A stretch of 37,520 bases of DNA from Candidatus Bruticola sp. (GTDB lineage: Bacteria > Vulcanimicrobiota > Xenobia > Xenobiales > Xenobiaceae). The notes beneath the pieces were generated by a model. The model saw only the letters and a program-made list of their open reading frames with translations. It ran no database searches and was not told where the DNA came from. This document shows positions 1 to 9,304 of this stretch, one piece after another. Both the position numbers and the translations under genes were made by a program. Location: positions 1 through 37,520 of the forward strand of contig JBJEGD010000027.1 in assembly GCA_051874735.1 (NCBI GenBank), given 5' to 3'. Each line of letters begins with the position of its first letter. Position 1 is the stretch's first letter.

Positions 1-52
1 ACGCCGATGGTACTGCCCTGGTGACGGGGTGGGAGAGTAGGGAACCGCCGGA
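1..52 (+). rRNA. rrf: 5S rRNA, 3' half (truncated by window start)
   Basis: GCCGATGGTACTG...GGGAGAGTAGG...CGCCGG matches the conserved 3' part of bacterial 5S rRNA; followed by an intrinsic terminator. The exact 3' end is approximate. Confidence 0.93.
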
Positions 53-61
53 ATTGTATTT

Positions 62-97
62 AAGCCCGCTAGGTTTTTTCCGGCGGGCTTTTTTTTT
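62..97 (+). terminator. Rho-independent terminator after 5S rRNA
   Basis: AAGCCCGCT...GGCGGGCTT stem followed by a T run. Confidence 0.85.
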
Positions 98-358
98 GCG
101 CTAAGTGACGCCTTTGCTTTGCTCCTCCGGCTTGGGCACAGGCCTGCTGCTTGAACTCTATGTTCGTCGGTTAAGACTGGTTGGGCTAATATCTTTTTAT
201 ATAATATTGTTGGAAAATTTGAACTTCAGCTGGTAATAACGAATAGTAGCAGCAGGTCAATAAATATATTTTATAAGATGATTTTTAGTCTTTAGTTATT
301 TTTTTTGTTGATTGTTCAAAATATAATTAATTATCGATAAAAAAATATTTTTTTAGAC

Positions 359-387
359 TTGATTATATTATATGTTTTCGATAAAAT
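359..387 (+). promoter_or_regulatory. Putative sigma70 promoter of the hydrogenase operon
   Basis: TTGATT-17 nt-TAAAAT within an AT-rich region; other weak matches are possible. Confidence 0.45.
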
Positions 388-609
388 TTTATCTAATGGC
401 GGGCTTGTGGGGATAAGCTTCGTCAGCTTTAAATTCTAGTAAGGGCGGTTGTTGTATTTTTTGCTCAACAGAAAACGGAACAAGCCGCGCTTTCTTGTTT
501 TTTTTTGTGTGGCAATGGGATTGCAGAACAAAAATGCCAACCTAAACGGGTGAGCAGTAGTTCTCAAGCATTGTAGGGAAATCTATTCTGCAGAGGAGAC
601 CTCGAAAAA

Positions 610-1113
610 GTGAAAGATGTTTGCAAGTGCGGCGGAAGCTGCCTTGAGTCGACCGATCCAAGATTCGAGGAACTTGGAAGGTTCATCGATTCTTATAACG
701 GACAAATTGGTATCACTATGCCTGTTCTTCAAGAGGCTCAGCGTTTATTCGGTTATTTACCTTTAGAGGTGCTGAAATTTATATCTACCAAAATTCATGT
801 ACCAGTAGCTGAGTTGTACGGCGTCGCTACTTTTTACAGTCAGTTTTCTATTAGTCCTAAGGGTAAGCATCAGATTGGTGTGTGTTTGGGCACCGCTTGC
901 TACGTACGCGGAGCTCAGAAAGTGTTAGATAAGCTTCGTGCTGAGCTCAACATTGAAGTCGGCGGCACTACTCCGGATGGCCGCTTTACGCTCGAAGCTA
1001 CTCGTTGCTTAGGATGCTGCGGTTTAGCGCCTGTTATGATGATCGACGGCGAAGTTTACGGAAAGTTAGAAGACGTTTCCGTTATCGGCGAGATCCTGAA
1101 AAAATACGAATAA
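610..1113 (+). CDS. hydC: [FeFe]-hydrogenase gamma subunit (NuoE/HndA-like, [2Fe-2S])
   Basis: GVATFYSQF, CLGTAC...CLGCC-x-LAP NuoE-family motifs; GAGGAG upstream of the GTG start. Confidence 0.93.
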   Translation: MKDVCKCGGSCLESTDPRFEELGRFIDSYNGQIGITMPVLQEAQRLFGYLPLEVLKFISTKIHVPVAELYGVATFYSQFSISPKGKHQIGVCLGTACYVRGAQKVLDKLRAELNIEVGGTTPDGRFTLEATRCLGCCGLAPVMMIDGEVYGKLEDVSVIGEILKKYE

Positions 1114-1128
1114 GGAGAGCGTTTAGGC

Positions 1129-2970
1129 ATGACGGATATCGATTTGAAGGCTCTAAAAGAAAAAGCCTTAAAAGTTATGAATGGCGAGAAGACTCGTGTC
1201 GTTGTCGGTATGGCTACTTGCGGTATTTCGGCCGGTGCTCGTCCTGTTCTTGATGCTCTTAAGAGCGAATGCGTACTTAAAAACGTTGATAATGTTCAGG
1301 TATGTCTTACCGGTTGTATCGGTATGTGTACTTATGAGCCTTTGGTTGAAGTTTTTGTACCTGGTCAGCCCAAAGTTACTTACATTCATATGAATCCAGA
1401 GAAAGCTGCCCGCGTTGTTGAAGAACATTTAAAAGGCGGTCAGGTTGTCGAAGAGTACACCATTGCTGCAGATCCTTCTAATAACGCTAAATGCTTGGAA
1501 GACTTAAAGTTTTATGCTAAACAGAAGCGTATCGTTTTGCGAAATTGTGGTATTATCGATCCCGAGAATATCCAAGAATATATAGCTAAAGACGGTTATG
1601 CTGCTTTGCAAAAGGCTCTCTTGGAAATGACTCCTCAGGACGTCGTCGACGAAATTAAAAAATCTGGTCTGCGCGGCAGAGGTGGCGGTGGTTTCCCTAC
1701 CGGTTTGAAATGGAGTTTTGCCGCTCCTAATAAAGCTGATCAAAAATATATCATTTGTAACGCTGATGAGGGAGATCCTGGGGCTTTTATGGATCGGTCC
1801 GTTTTGGAAGGCGATCCGCACGCAGTTTTAGAGGCTATGGCTATTGGCGGCTATGCTATTGGAGCAACAAAGGGTTACGTTTATGTGCGCGCTGAATACC
1901 CTGTGGCCGTTGATCGTCTGAAAATTGCCATAAATCAGGCTAAAAAGTTGGGCGTTTTAGGCGACAACATATTTGGTTCCGGATTTAGTTTCGATGTAGA
2001 TATCCGCTTAGGCGCTGGTGCTTTCGTGTGTGGCGAAGAAACTTCCCTAATTTCCTCTATTGAAGGCAAGCGCGGTATGTCCAGAAATAAGCCTCCGTTC
2101 CCCGCCAATAAAGGATTGTGGGGCAAGCCTACTATTATAAATAACGTTGAAACTTTAGCTAATGTCGCTCAAATTATTAATAACGGTGCCGATTGGTTCC
2201 GCAGTTTTGGTACAGAGAAATCTCCGGGCACTAAAGTTTTTGCTTTAGGAGGTCGAATCAATAAGACCGGATTGCTGGAAGTACCTATGGGCGTAACTTT
2301 GCGCGAGGTCATTTACGATATCGGAGGCGGCTGTCCTGAAGATAAATCATTTAAAGCCGTCCAGACTGGCGGTCCTTCTGGCGGTTGTATTACTTCTGAG
2401 AATTTAGATACTCCTATCGATTTTGATGGTTTAGTGGCTATCGGTTCTATGATGGGCTCGGGCGGTATGATCGTCATGGACGAGAATAACTGCATGGTGG
2501 ATATCGCTCGTTTCTTCCTCGACTTTACTGTTGATGAAAGCTGCGGCAAATGTACTCCTTGCCGTGAAGGCACGAAGCGTATGCTGGAAATTCTCGATAA
2601 GATTGTTTCTGGCCATGGTACTATGGAAGATATCAAAGCCTTGGAAGATTTGGCCGAGACTATTAAGAGTACTTCTTTGTGCGGTTTGGGGCAGACCGCT
2701 CCTAACCCTGTACTGTCAACACTCAAGCATTTCCGAGATGAGTATATAGCTCATGTACAGGAAAAGCGCTGCCCGGCCGGAGTCTGTAAAGCTTTGCTTG
2801 GCTATAAAATTACCGAACTTTGTAAAGGCTGCACAAAGTGTAAGCGTGTCTGTCCTGTGGCGGCTATCAGCGGTGACATTAAGAAGACTCACGTTATCGA
2901 TCAGAACAAGTGCATAAAGTGCGGAGCCTGCAAGGCCAACTGTCCTTTCGGTGCTATTGTTAGAAAGTAA
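1129..2970 (+). CDS. hydB: [FeFe]-hydrogenase beta/diaphorase subunit (NuoF/HndC-like): N-terminal thioredoxin-like [2Fe-2S], FMN/NADH domain, C-terminal 2x[4Fe-4S]
   Basis: GLRGRGGGGFPTG, NADEGDPGAFMDR, GAFVCGEET, ESCGKCTPCREG, CxxCxxCxxxCP x2; AAGGAG RBS. Confidence 0.95.
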   Translation: MTDIDLKALKEKALKVMNGEKTRVVVGMATCGISAGARPVLDALKSECVLKNVDNVQVCLTGCIGMCTYEPLVEVFVPGQPKVTYIHMNPEKAARVVEEHLKGGQVVEEYTIAADPSNNAKCLEDLKFYAKQKRIVLRNCGIIDPENIQEYIAKDGYAALQKALLEMTPQDVVDEIKKSGLRGRGGGGFPTGLKWSFAAPNKADQKYIICNADEGDPGAFMDRSVLEGDPHAVLEAMAIGGYAIGATKGYVYVRAEYPVAVDRLKIAINQAKKLGVLGDNIFGSGFSFDVDIRLGAGAFVCGEETSLISSIEGKRGMSRNKPPFPANKGLWGKPTIINNVETLANVAQIINNGADWFRSFGTEKSPGTKVFALGGRINKTGLLEVPMGVTLREVIYDIGGGCPEDKSFKAVQTGGPSGGCITSENLDTPIDFDGLVAIGSMMGSGGMIVMDENNCMVDIARFFLDFTVDESCGKCTPCREGTKRMLEILDKIVSGHGTMEDIKALEDLAETIKSTSLCGLGQTAPNPVLSTLKHFRDEYIAHVQEKRCPAGVCKALLGYKITELCKGCTKCKRVCPVAAISGDIKKTHVIDQNKCIKCGACKANCPFGAIVRK

Positions 2971-2982
2971 GGGGTATAGATA

Positions 2983-4755
2983 ATGGCTAATGTTAACGTA
3001 ACAGTTAATGGTATACACGTAAGCGTACCTGACGATTATACCGCTTTGTTGGCTGCACGCGCTGCAGGTGTAGATATCCCTACTCTCTGTTATTTAAAAG
3101 ATATAAATGAGGTCGCTGCTTGTCGAGTTTGTGTGGTGGAAGTCGATATCAACGGCCGTCCTATGCGTAATCTGCCCGCTTCTTGTGTGCTTAAAGTTGA
3201 AGAGGGGATGAATATCCGCACAAATACACCTAAAGTGCGTAAGGCTGTAAAAACTAATGTTGAGCTCATTTTAGCTAATCACAAGCGCGATTGTTTGGAG
3301 TGCATTCGTTCAGGTAATTGTGAATTGCAAAAGCTCAGCCGTGAATTAGGTATTCGCGATATCCCTTACAAGGGAGAAACACGCGAGTGGCACATCGACG
3401 ATCTGTCTCCTTCCGTTGTGCGCGATTCTTCTAAGTGCATTCTTTGTGGGCGCTGCGTGAGCGTTTGTCGCAACGTTCAAGGAATAGGGGTCCTCGATTT
3501 TACCAACCGAGGTTTCAAAACTGAAGTCGCCCCTGCCTATAATTTTAGTATGCGCGACGTAGAATGCGTCTATTGTGGACAGTGCATTCACGCTTGTCCT
3601 GTGGGCGCTTTGCATGAGCATAGTGATATCGACAAAGTTTTTGCTGTTTTGGCCGATCCATCTAAGCATGTTGTCGTTCAGACTGCTCCGGCAGTGCGCG
3701 CCTCTTTAGGAGAAGAATTCGGTCTGCCTGTGGGCACGAGAGTTACCGGCAAGATGGTAGCTGCTTTGCGCCGTTTAGGTTTTGACAAAGTCTTTGACAC
3801 TAACTGGTCCGCCGATTTGACTATCATGGAAGAGGGGCATGAGTTGCTTAATCGTGTAAAGCACGGTGGTGTGTTACCTATGATAACCTCATGCTCTCCA
3901 GGCTGGATCCGTTATTGTGAAATGAACTATCCTGAGTTCTTGCCCAATTTATCCAGTTGTAAATCGCCTCAGCAAATGTTTGGGGCTATGGTTAAGTCTT
4001 ATTACGCTAAGAAGATGGGACTCGATCCTAAAGATGTCGTTTGTGTATCGGTTATGCCCTGTACTTCTAAGAAGTTTGAATGTTCCCGCCCTGAAATGGA
4101 AGTGGACGGCATTCGCGACGTAGATATTTCCATTACCACTCGCGAGTTAGGTGACATGATAAAGCAGGCCCGTTTGCGCTTTGAGGCTCTCCCCGACGAA
4201 GAGCCTGATCCTCTCATGGGTGATTATACTGGTGCTGGTGTTATTTTTGGAGCTAGCGGAGGCGTCATGGAAGCCGCTCTGCGTACTGTGGCCGATGTTT
4301 TAACAGGTCAAGATCTTAAAGATATTGAGTATAAAGATTGCCGCGGTATTGCTGGTATCAAGGAAGCTAGCGTTACTCTGCCTATCGATGGTAAACCTAC
4401 TGAAATTAAGTTGGCCATTGCTAACGGTACTAAGAATGCGGCTGCTTTATTAGATGCCATAAAATCTGGTGAGAAAGAGTATCACTTTATTGAAATTATG
4501 GCTTGTCCTGGCGGTTGTGTACACGGTGGCGGTCAATCGATCATTTCGGCTAAGCGTCGTCTCGATGTAGAACCGAGAGCCGCTCGCGCTGGAGCTCTCT
4601 ATGCCGAAGATGAAGACAGACCTAAACGCAAGTCTCACAAAAACCCTGAAATTATTGCTCTTTACAATGAATTCTTGGGTGAACCTAATTCACATAAAGC
4701 ACATCATTATCTGCATACGGAGTATGCACCCCGACCTTTCTATGTAAAGAATTAA
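2983..4755 (+). CDS. hydA: [FeFe]-hydrogenase catalytic alpha subunit (group A3, HndD-like)
   Basis: H-cluster motifs TSCSPGW, MPCTSKKFE, EIMACPGGCVHGGGQ; N-terminal [2Fe-2S], His-ligated [4Fe-4S] (HxxxCxxC) and 2x[4Fe-4S]; C-terminal R-x-SH-x-NP...LHT segment. Confidence 0.96.
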   Translation: MANVNVTVNGIHVSVPDDYTALLAARAAGVDIPTLCYLKDINEVAACRVCVVEVDINGRPMRNLPASCVLKVEEGMNIRTNTPKVRKAVKTNVELILANHKRDCLECIRSGNCELQKLSRELGIRDIPYKGETREWHIDDLSPSVVRDSSKCILCGRCVSVCRNVQGIGVLDFTNRGFKTEVAPAYNFSMRDVECVYCGQCIHACPVGALHEHSDIDKVFAVLADPSKHVVVQTAPAVRASLGEEFGLPVGTRVTGKMVAALRRLGFDKVFDTNWSADLTIMEEGHELLNRVKHGGVLPMITSCSPGWIRYCEMNYPEFLPNLSSCKSPQQMFGAMVKSYYAKKMGLDPKDVVCVSVMPCTSKKFECSRPEMEVDGIRDVDISITTRELGDMIKQARLRFEALPDEEPDPLMGDYTGAGVIFGASGGVMEAALRTVADVLTGQDLKDIEYKDCRGIAGIKEASVTLPIDGKPTEIKLAIANGTKNAAALLDAIKSGEKEYHFIEIMACPGGCVHGGGQSIISAKRRLDVEPRAARAGALYAEDEDRPKRKSHKNPEIIALYNEFLGEPNSHKAHHYLHTEYAPRPFYVKN

Positions 4756-4771
4756 ATTATAGCTAAAACAA

Positions 4772-4884
4772 TCAAGGGCTCCGCTGCTTTATAAGCGAAA
4801 GCAGGCGGAGCTGCTTGATGTTAAGCCAGAAGAGCAGCGCTGCCGAATTGCTGATTTGTTGTCAGTTTCGGAACGTTGCTTTTT
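4772..4884 (+). terminator. Two tandem hairpins after hydA; the second is followed by Ts
   Basis: TCAAG-GGCTCCGC-TGCTTT...AAAGCA-GGCGGAGC-..CTTGA and AGCAGCG..CCGAA...TTCGG..CGTTGCTTTTT. Confidence 0.6.
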
Positions 4885-4916
4885 AATTAGGTAGCAAATT
4901 TTTTGGAGCTAAAAAA

Positions 4917-5516
4917 GTGAAAACTAGAATCGGTATTTTAGGCGGTACTTTTAATCCTGTGCATTGTGGTCATTTACGCATAGGTATTGAAATTTGTGAA
5001 CGAACTACAATTCAAAAAATTATGCTGCTGCCCAATTATCTGCCTCCTCATCGTGAGGCTCCTACTGTTTCGGCCCAAGATCGCCTAATGATGTGCTGCC
5101 TGGCTGCCAAGAGCAGCCCTATTTTTACTGTTAGTGATATAGAAATACAGCATAAAAGTCTTTCTTATACTATAGACACTTGCCAAAAATTGGTGCAACA
5201 GCATCCTGAGGCAGCCTTTTCTTTCATTACAGGTTCTGATTCATTAGTGCGATCTGTTTGGTACCGATTCGACGACATTTTAGAACTTTTAGAGTATTTT
5301 TATGTTGTACACCGTCCTGGTGTAGATTTGCTTGAGCTGAAAACAAAAATAGCTGAAATGAATTTAAAAAATGCACATAAAATTATGTGGTTTGAAGCTC
5401 CCGGACTCGATATCTCTTCTACCTACGTACGTCAACTGTTAGCTGAAGGGAGATCTGCTAAGTATTTGGTTCCTGACAGTGTCTTAGAGTATATAAGAGT
5501 GAGAGGCCTTTTTTAA
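4917..5516 (+). CDS. nadD: Nicotinate-nucleotide adenylyltransferase
   Basis: GGTFNPVHCGH (HxGH), PPH, SYTIDT, GSD, DISST, YLVP motifs. Confidence 0.93.
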   Translation: MKTRIGILGGTFNPVHCGHLRIGIEICERTTIQKIMLLPNYLPPHREAPTVSAQDRLMMCCLAAKSSPIFTVSDIEIQHKSLSYTIDTCQKLVQQHPEAAFSFITGSDSLVRSVWYRFDDILELLEYFYVVHRPGVDLLELKTKIAEMNLKNAHKIMWFEAPGLDISSTYVRQLLAEGRSAKYLVPDSVLEYIRVRGLF

Positions 5517-5687
5517 ATTTTATTTATAGTAAAGGGTGACTTTTTATCGATGCTGCTACAATAACTAGGGGGAGGATTTACATTTTTTGTTGAACGAGCC
5601 GTACAGGAGAAGTTCTCCTTAGTAAGATGGGCTTTTCTAAGTACTTATAGTTCTTTTTATTTTTTGGTGGGAAAGGAAAAGTACTGT

Positions 5688-6149
5688 ATGTTATTTTACA
5701 AACGCAAATATAGACGGGCCTTCACTATTATTGAGTTGACTATAGTTTTAGCTTTGATAGCTGCTGTTTCTGTTTCTATAATCAGTTCATTTAAAAATAG
5801 ACGTGAGAAAGAGTACCGTGCAGCTTGCCGTTCTTATATTTTGCGTCTGGCTAACTGGCTCGAGTCGAGTAAAGTTGAAGAAGGTGTTTACTTTAACCGG
5901 CATGGCGGCAAGTATGCTACCTATGCTAATACTCAAAAATTTGAAGAGTGGTACAAAAAACAATGTCCCTTCTATCGCTGCCCGTACGGCGATCCTGCTT
6001 ACGACCGTAACCATGGCGGTAACAATTATGAGTATACTTACATCTTCGGCACTACTTACAGCGCTTTTACTATAACTTGCACCTGTACTCATCCTGATGG
6101 TTCATCTCCTCAGTATTCTAGTTTAGCTGCTGGTGGCTGGGTTCGTTAG
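5688..6149 (+). CDS. Orphan type IV pilin-like protein (prepilin N-terminal motif)
   Basis: Basic leader KRKYRRA|FTIIELTIVLALIAAV with E5 and a hydrophobic helix; Cys-containing globular part; AAAGGA RBS before ATG 5688 (ORF track starts at 5664). Confidence 0.8.
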   Translation: MLFYKRKYRRAFTIIELTIVLALIAAVSVSIISSFKNRREKEYRAACRSYILRLANWLESSKVEEGVYFNRHGGKYATYANTQKFEEWYKKQCPFYRCPYGDPAYDRNHGGNNYEYTYIFGTTYSAFTITCTCTHPDGSSPQYSSLAAGGWVR

Positions 6150-6173
6150 TCAGTTTTCAGTCTTGCTAAAAGT

Positions 6174-6217
6174 AAAAACAAGCGGCGTCGGCTTATTAAG
6201 CTGGCGCCGCTTGTTTT
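6174..6217. terminator. Bidirectional intrinsic terminator between convergent genes
   Basis: AAAAACAAGCGGCGTCGGCTT-AT-TAAGCTGGCGCCGCTTGTTTT. Confidence 0.85.
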
Positions 6218-6259
6218 ATGAGCGCTTAAATTCAGACAACAAACGGTTACACGTATCTA

Positions 6260-8863
6260 TTAAAACTTAAAGTTCAAATAGGTTGTGAACAAGTATCCTT
6301 GCCAATTAAAGGGATGAGCTCCCTGTTGGGGTCCATAGCTCAAGTTCAAAGCTGGAATGCCGGGACTAGCAAAGATTTCTTCGTCCATGCGGTCTTTGGT
6401 AGTGTAAAATTCGCCTAGAGCACCCCAAGACATATTGTCGGTAATATCCCAATCTAAACTAATGTTAGGAATACGCTGCTCTAAGTTAATAATATCGAAA
6501 GTGCTGGATCCTATAGCGTTAGCGTAATTGTTCATTACTCCTAAATGATCTAGGTGTCCATACATATCGATCGATTTATAGCCAGTATGAATGCGCAGGT
6601 TGTTAGTGATGTCATAATCAAGATTGACTTGCCAGGCATCGAGATAGAAGTTTACATAGTTTTGGCTTTCTGAACCGTATCTGGTGGGAGTGTTAATTAA
6701 GGAGGCTAACTGAGAGTGGCGGGTAAAGTGAGTGCTGCGGGCGCCTCCAGAAAGGGTAATGCAGCGCTTGCTTTTTTGGGGTTCGACTGGATATTTGAAG
6801 CCTGTGCTTAATTTCCAGCTGGTAGCTTTGCCGCGCGGATTTTCCAAAACTATTCCTAATTCGTTCTGACCGTCGCTAGCAAAAGTTTCTGGAGAAAATC
6901 CACAGAACACCGGATCCATGAAGCCGGGAGAGAAGCCTAAAACTGTGGTGTTGGGAGTTCCCGGAGCGATAGAATTGGCTGAGTAGCGAACGTCTTGGCA
7001 GGAAGTTTTTGTTTGTTCCAGATCTTTGTACTCAAATGAGAATATGCCGGTACGGCAGAAGCGCCAATCTAACTTGGCTGTCCAACCTTTGCGGTTATGA
7101 GTGAAAGTTTCGGTATCGTGCAAAGAATACAGGGAGTTGTAGTAATCAAAGCAGGGAACATTCCAAATGGTGTTGCCTATACCGTTGACAGTTGGATAAT
7201 TGAGTACGAAGGGATCGTAAGTAGGATCAGTGTGGACATAGGTGCCCTGTATATTCAAAATATTGTTGAACATTTTGAAATCAGCACCTAACCTGTAGGC
7301 GTCACCGTCTACAGAGTAAGAAGAGTGTTTATTAGGCTTATAATTGGAATGGGCATAATCTGCGAAAACGTTGGGTTTAAAGCTGCCTAAATCAAATTCG
7401 TAGCTAGCACTGAACCCGTAATTGAACATATCTTGAGCGCCTATACCTCCCAGGTTAGGAACTCCGGTGACGCCTGTAATACCGTCATTGCCGACGGCTG
7501 CTATCATAGGAATAGGACGTTCATCAGTAATTGACCCCATGCCGGCCACAGCAGCAGTGCCTGCACCTAATTGGTTAATGTAATAGCCGTTAGGGTTTAC
7601 CCAGTTGAGAGTAAAGTTGTCCTGCATGTGTAGACCTAGAGCTGCTTTATCGTACAGAGCGCAATCAATGGCATGGAGAATGTTGGCTTTGAAGTTGCCT
7701 TGGCCGTTCCTAAAAACTAGCTCAAAGTTTCCTCCTTCAGCTCTAGACTGATAGCCATCAGTATCGAACAAACTGTTAGCAATGCCATTGGCCAGTCTAG
7801 TGCCCATCAGCTCCCATTTAAAAGTAAAATCGGGTGAAAGGGCTCTCTCTCCTTTGAGCTGAACGCCGTATGTGTCTAAGTAGTAGTTGCCCCAAGCATT
7901 CGGATTCCGTTCCGGGACATAAACCAGGGAAGAAAAGTTTTGCTCTTTTAGGCTGCCTACAGTCAGCTTAGTTTTGCTAGGCTTGTGCATAATCCAGAAA
8001 TTATCCAAAGCCAGTTTAGCGTAGGGACCGTGTTCCAAACCTTGGCTATTTGTGTTAGCTCCAATAGTAGAAGTAAAAGGATTGCTGAGATAAGGCTGGG
8101 ATACTCCCCAAAAAGCATCAATAACTTTATTTCCGCAGCTTGAGTAAGCGCTAAATTCGGCGCCGCCTTCTAGTGAATTGCCCAAATCAAATTTGGTGCC
8201 CAACATGAGCTGGTGAGCTATGCTGGTTCCGCTTACCATGGGCCGTCCATTCGACCAGTCTGTTACTGAGGCAACACCTATAAAAAATGTGTTGAAGGTC
8301 ATGCCCGCTGCTATAGAAGGTGGAGGAATAATGCCGCCGGCTCCTGTGTTACTACCCACTGCGTCAGAGTAATCTAAAATAGCCGGTGTACCTAGAGAAC
8401 CTATACCAACGTTGCGCATTGACATAGTTGTAATACGGGCTTTGTATTCACCGTAGAAGCTGATTCGCTCTAAATCACTGACTCTGCTGTCTAGTTTTTC
8501 GACTTCAGCTTCTAAACGCTCCGTTCTGGCGCCCAGTGCCGCTAATTCATCCTTTAAGCTAGCGGCCAATTTATGCAGCTCGGCCAGTTCTGCTTTAGTA
8601 GCTAAAGTGGTATGCTCGTTTTGTAGTTGAGCCAACAGTCTAGCTACAATTAAAGCCACTTCCCAACGAGAAGCCTGTCTGTCGCCTTTGAAAGTTCCGT
8701 CAGGATAGCCTTCAACGATGCCTTTGGCTGCTAGAACGGCCACTGCATCTGTCGCCCATGTATTTTCTGGGACGTCTGGAAAGAGCGGAGCTGCCCAAGC
8801 TGGAGTTAAAATGCTCAGCCCTAGAAGAGCTCCCAGAAGAGGAGCAATATTCTTAATACTCAT
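6260..8863 (-). CDS. SLH-domain outer-membrane protein (OmpM-like: signal peptide, SLH, coiled coil, probable beta-barrel)
   Basis: Signal peptide ending AWA; FPDVP..W...GIVEGYPDGTFKG..ASRWE SLH motif; heptad coiled coil; alternating beta-strand pattern; C-terminal YLNFKF ending in Phe. Confidence 0.85.
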   Translation of the reverse strand: MSIKNIAPLLGALLGLSILTPAWAAPLFPDVPENTWATDAVAVLAAKGIVEGYPDGTFKGDRQASRWEVALIVARLLAQLQNEHTTLATKAELAELHKLAASLKDELAALGARTERLEAEVEKLDSRVSDLERISFYGEYKARITTMSMRNVGIGSLGTPAILDYSDAVGSNTGAGGIIPPPSIAAGMTFNTFFIGVASVTDWSNGRPMVSGTSIAHQLMLGTKFDLGNSLEGGAEFSAYSSCGNKVIDAFWGVSQPYLSNPFTSTIGANTNSQGLEHGPYAKLALDNFWIMHKPSKTKLTVGSLKEQNFSSLVYVPERNPNAWGNYYLDTYGVQLKGERALSPDFTFKWELMGTRLANGIANSLFDTDGYQSRAEGGNFELVFRNGQGNFKANILHAIDCALYDKAALGLHMQDNFTLNWVNPNGYYINQLGAGTAAVAGMGSITDERPIPMIAAVGNDGITGVTGVPNLGGIGAQDMFNYGFSASYEFDLGSFKPNVFADYAHSNYKPNKHSSYSVDGDAYRLGADFKMFNNILNIQGTYVHTDPTYDPFVLNYPTVNGIGNTIWNVPCFDYYNSLYSLHDTETFTHNRKGWTAKLDWRFCRTGIFSFEYKDLEQTKTSCQDVRYSANSIAPGTPNTTVLGFSPGFMDPVFCGFSPETFASDGQNELGIVLENPRGKATSWKLSTGFKYPVEPQKSKRCITLSGGARSTHFTRHSQLASLINTPTRYGSESQNYVNFYLDAWQVNLDYDITNNLRIHTGYKSIDMYGHLDHLGVMNNYANAIGSSTFDIINLEQRIPNISLDWDITDNMSWGALGEFYTTKDRMDEEIFASPGIPALNLSYGPQQGAHPFNWQGYLFTTYLNFKF

Positions 8864-9304
8864 AAGATGCTTACCTTGTATTAGTCAGTTTGCCTGTTAA
8901 ATAATGAAAAAAACATTAACTGGTAAAAAACTAACCGCTTATTTTTGATATCGGTTTATCACAGATTAGCCGAACTGGCTTCATTGAAAATGTAACGCAA
9001 AAATGTTAGGCCTCTGTGTAGTAGCAATATAGCTGTAAACCGGCTGCAAGCTTGTATCGTTTTTTAATGATTCCTGCATATCAAATAAATTGCATTCAGC
9101 TTTTTTTTGTAACAATATTGTTTTTGGGGGAAGGTCTCGTCGTTAGCGGTTTGCTAAAAAAAACATAAATTTTGGGGGAAGTTTCCATATGAGGTATATA
9201 TAGGTTGGGCCTATTGTTAAAATTTTATTTATTTGTTAAAATTACTGCGCTTAAGCAGTGTTGAGCTGCTCTTATATTATGAAGTAGGTGCTTTTATAAG
9301 ATAT

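Noticed and set aside
312-329. Rex operator upstream of the hyd operon
   Set aside because: TTGTTCA-AAAT-ATAATTA matches only one half-site well, in very AT-rich DNA
610-2970. nuoE/nuoF of respiratory complex I
   Set aside because: No other nuo genes; the adjacent subunit carries all three H-cluster motifs, so this is a hydrogenase
1005-4638. Short overlapping ORFs inside hydCBA (and similar ones inside the era, deoC and pil genes)
   Set aside because: They overlap well-supported conserved genes and show no recognisable motifs
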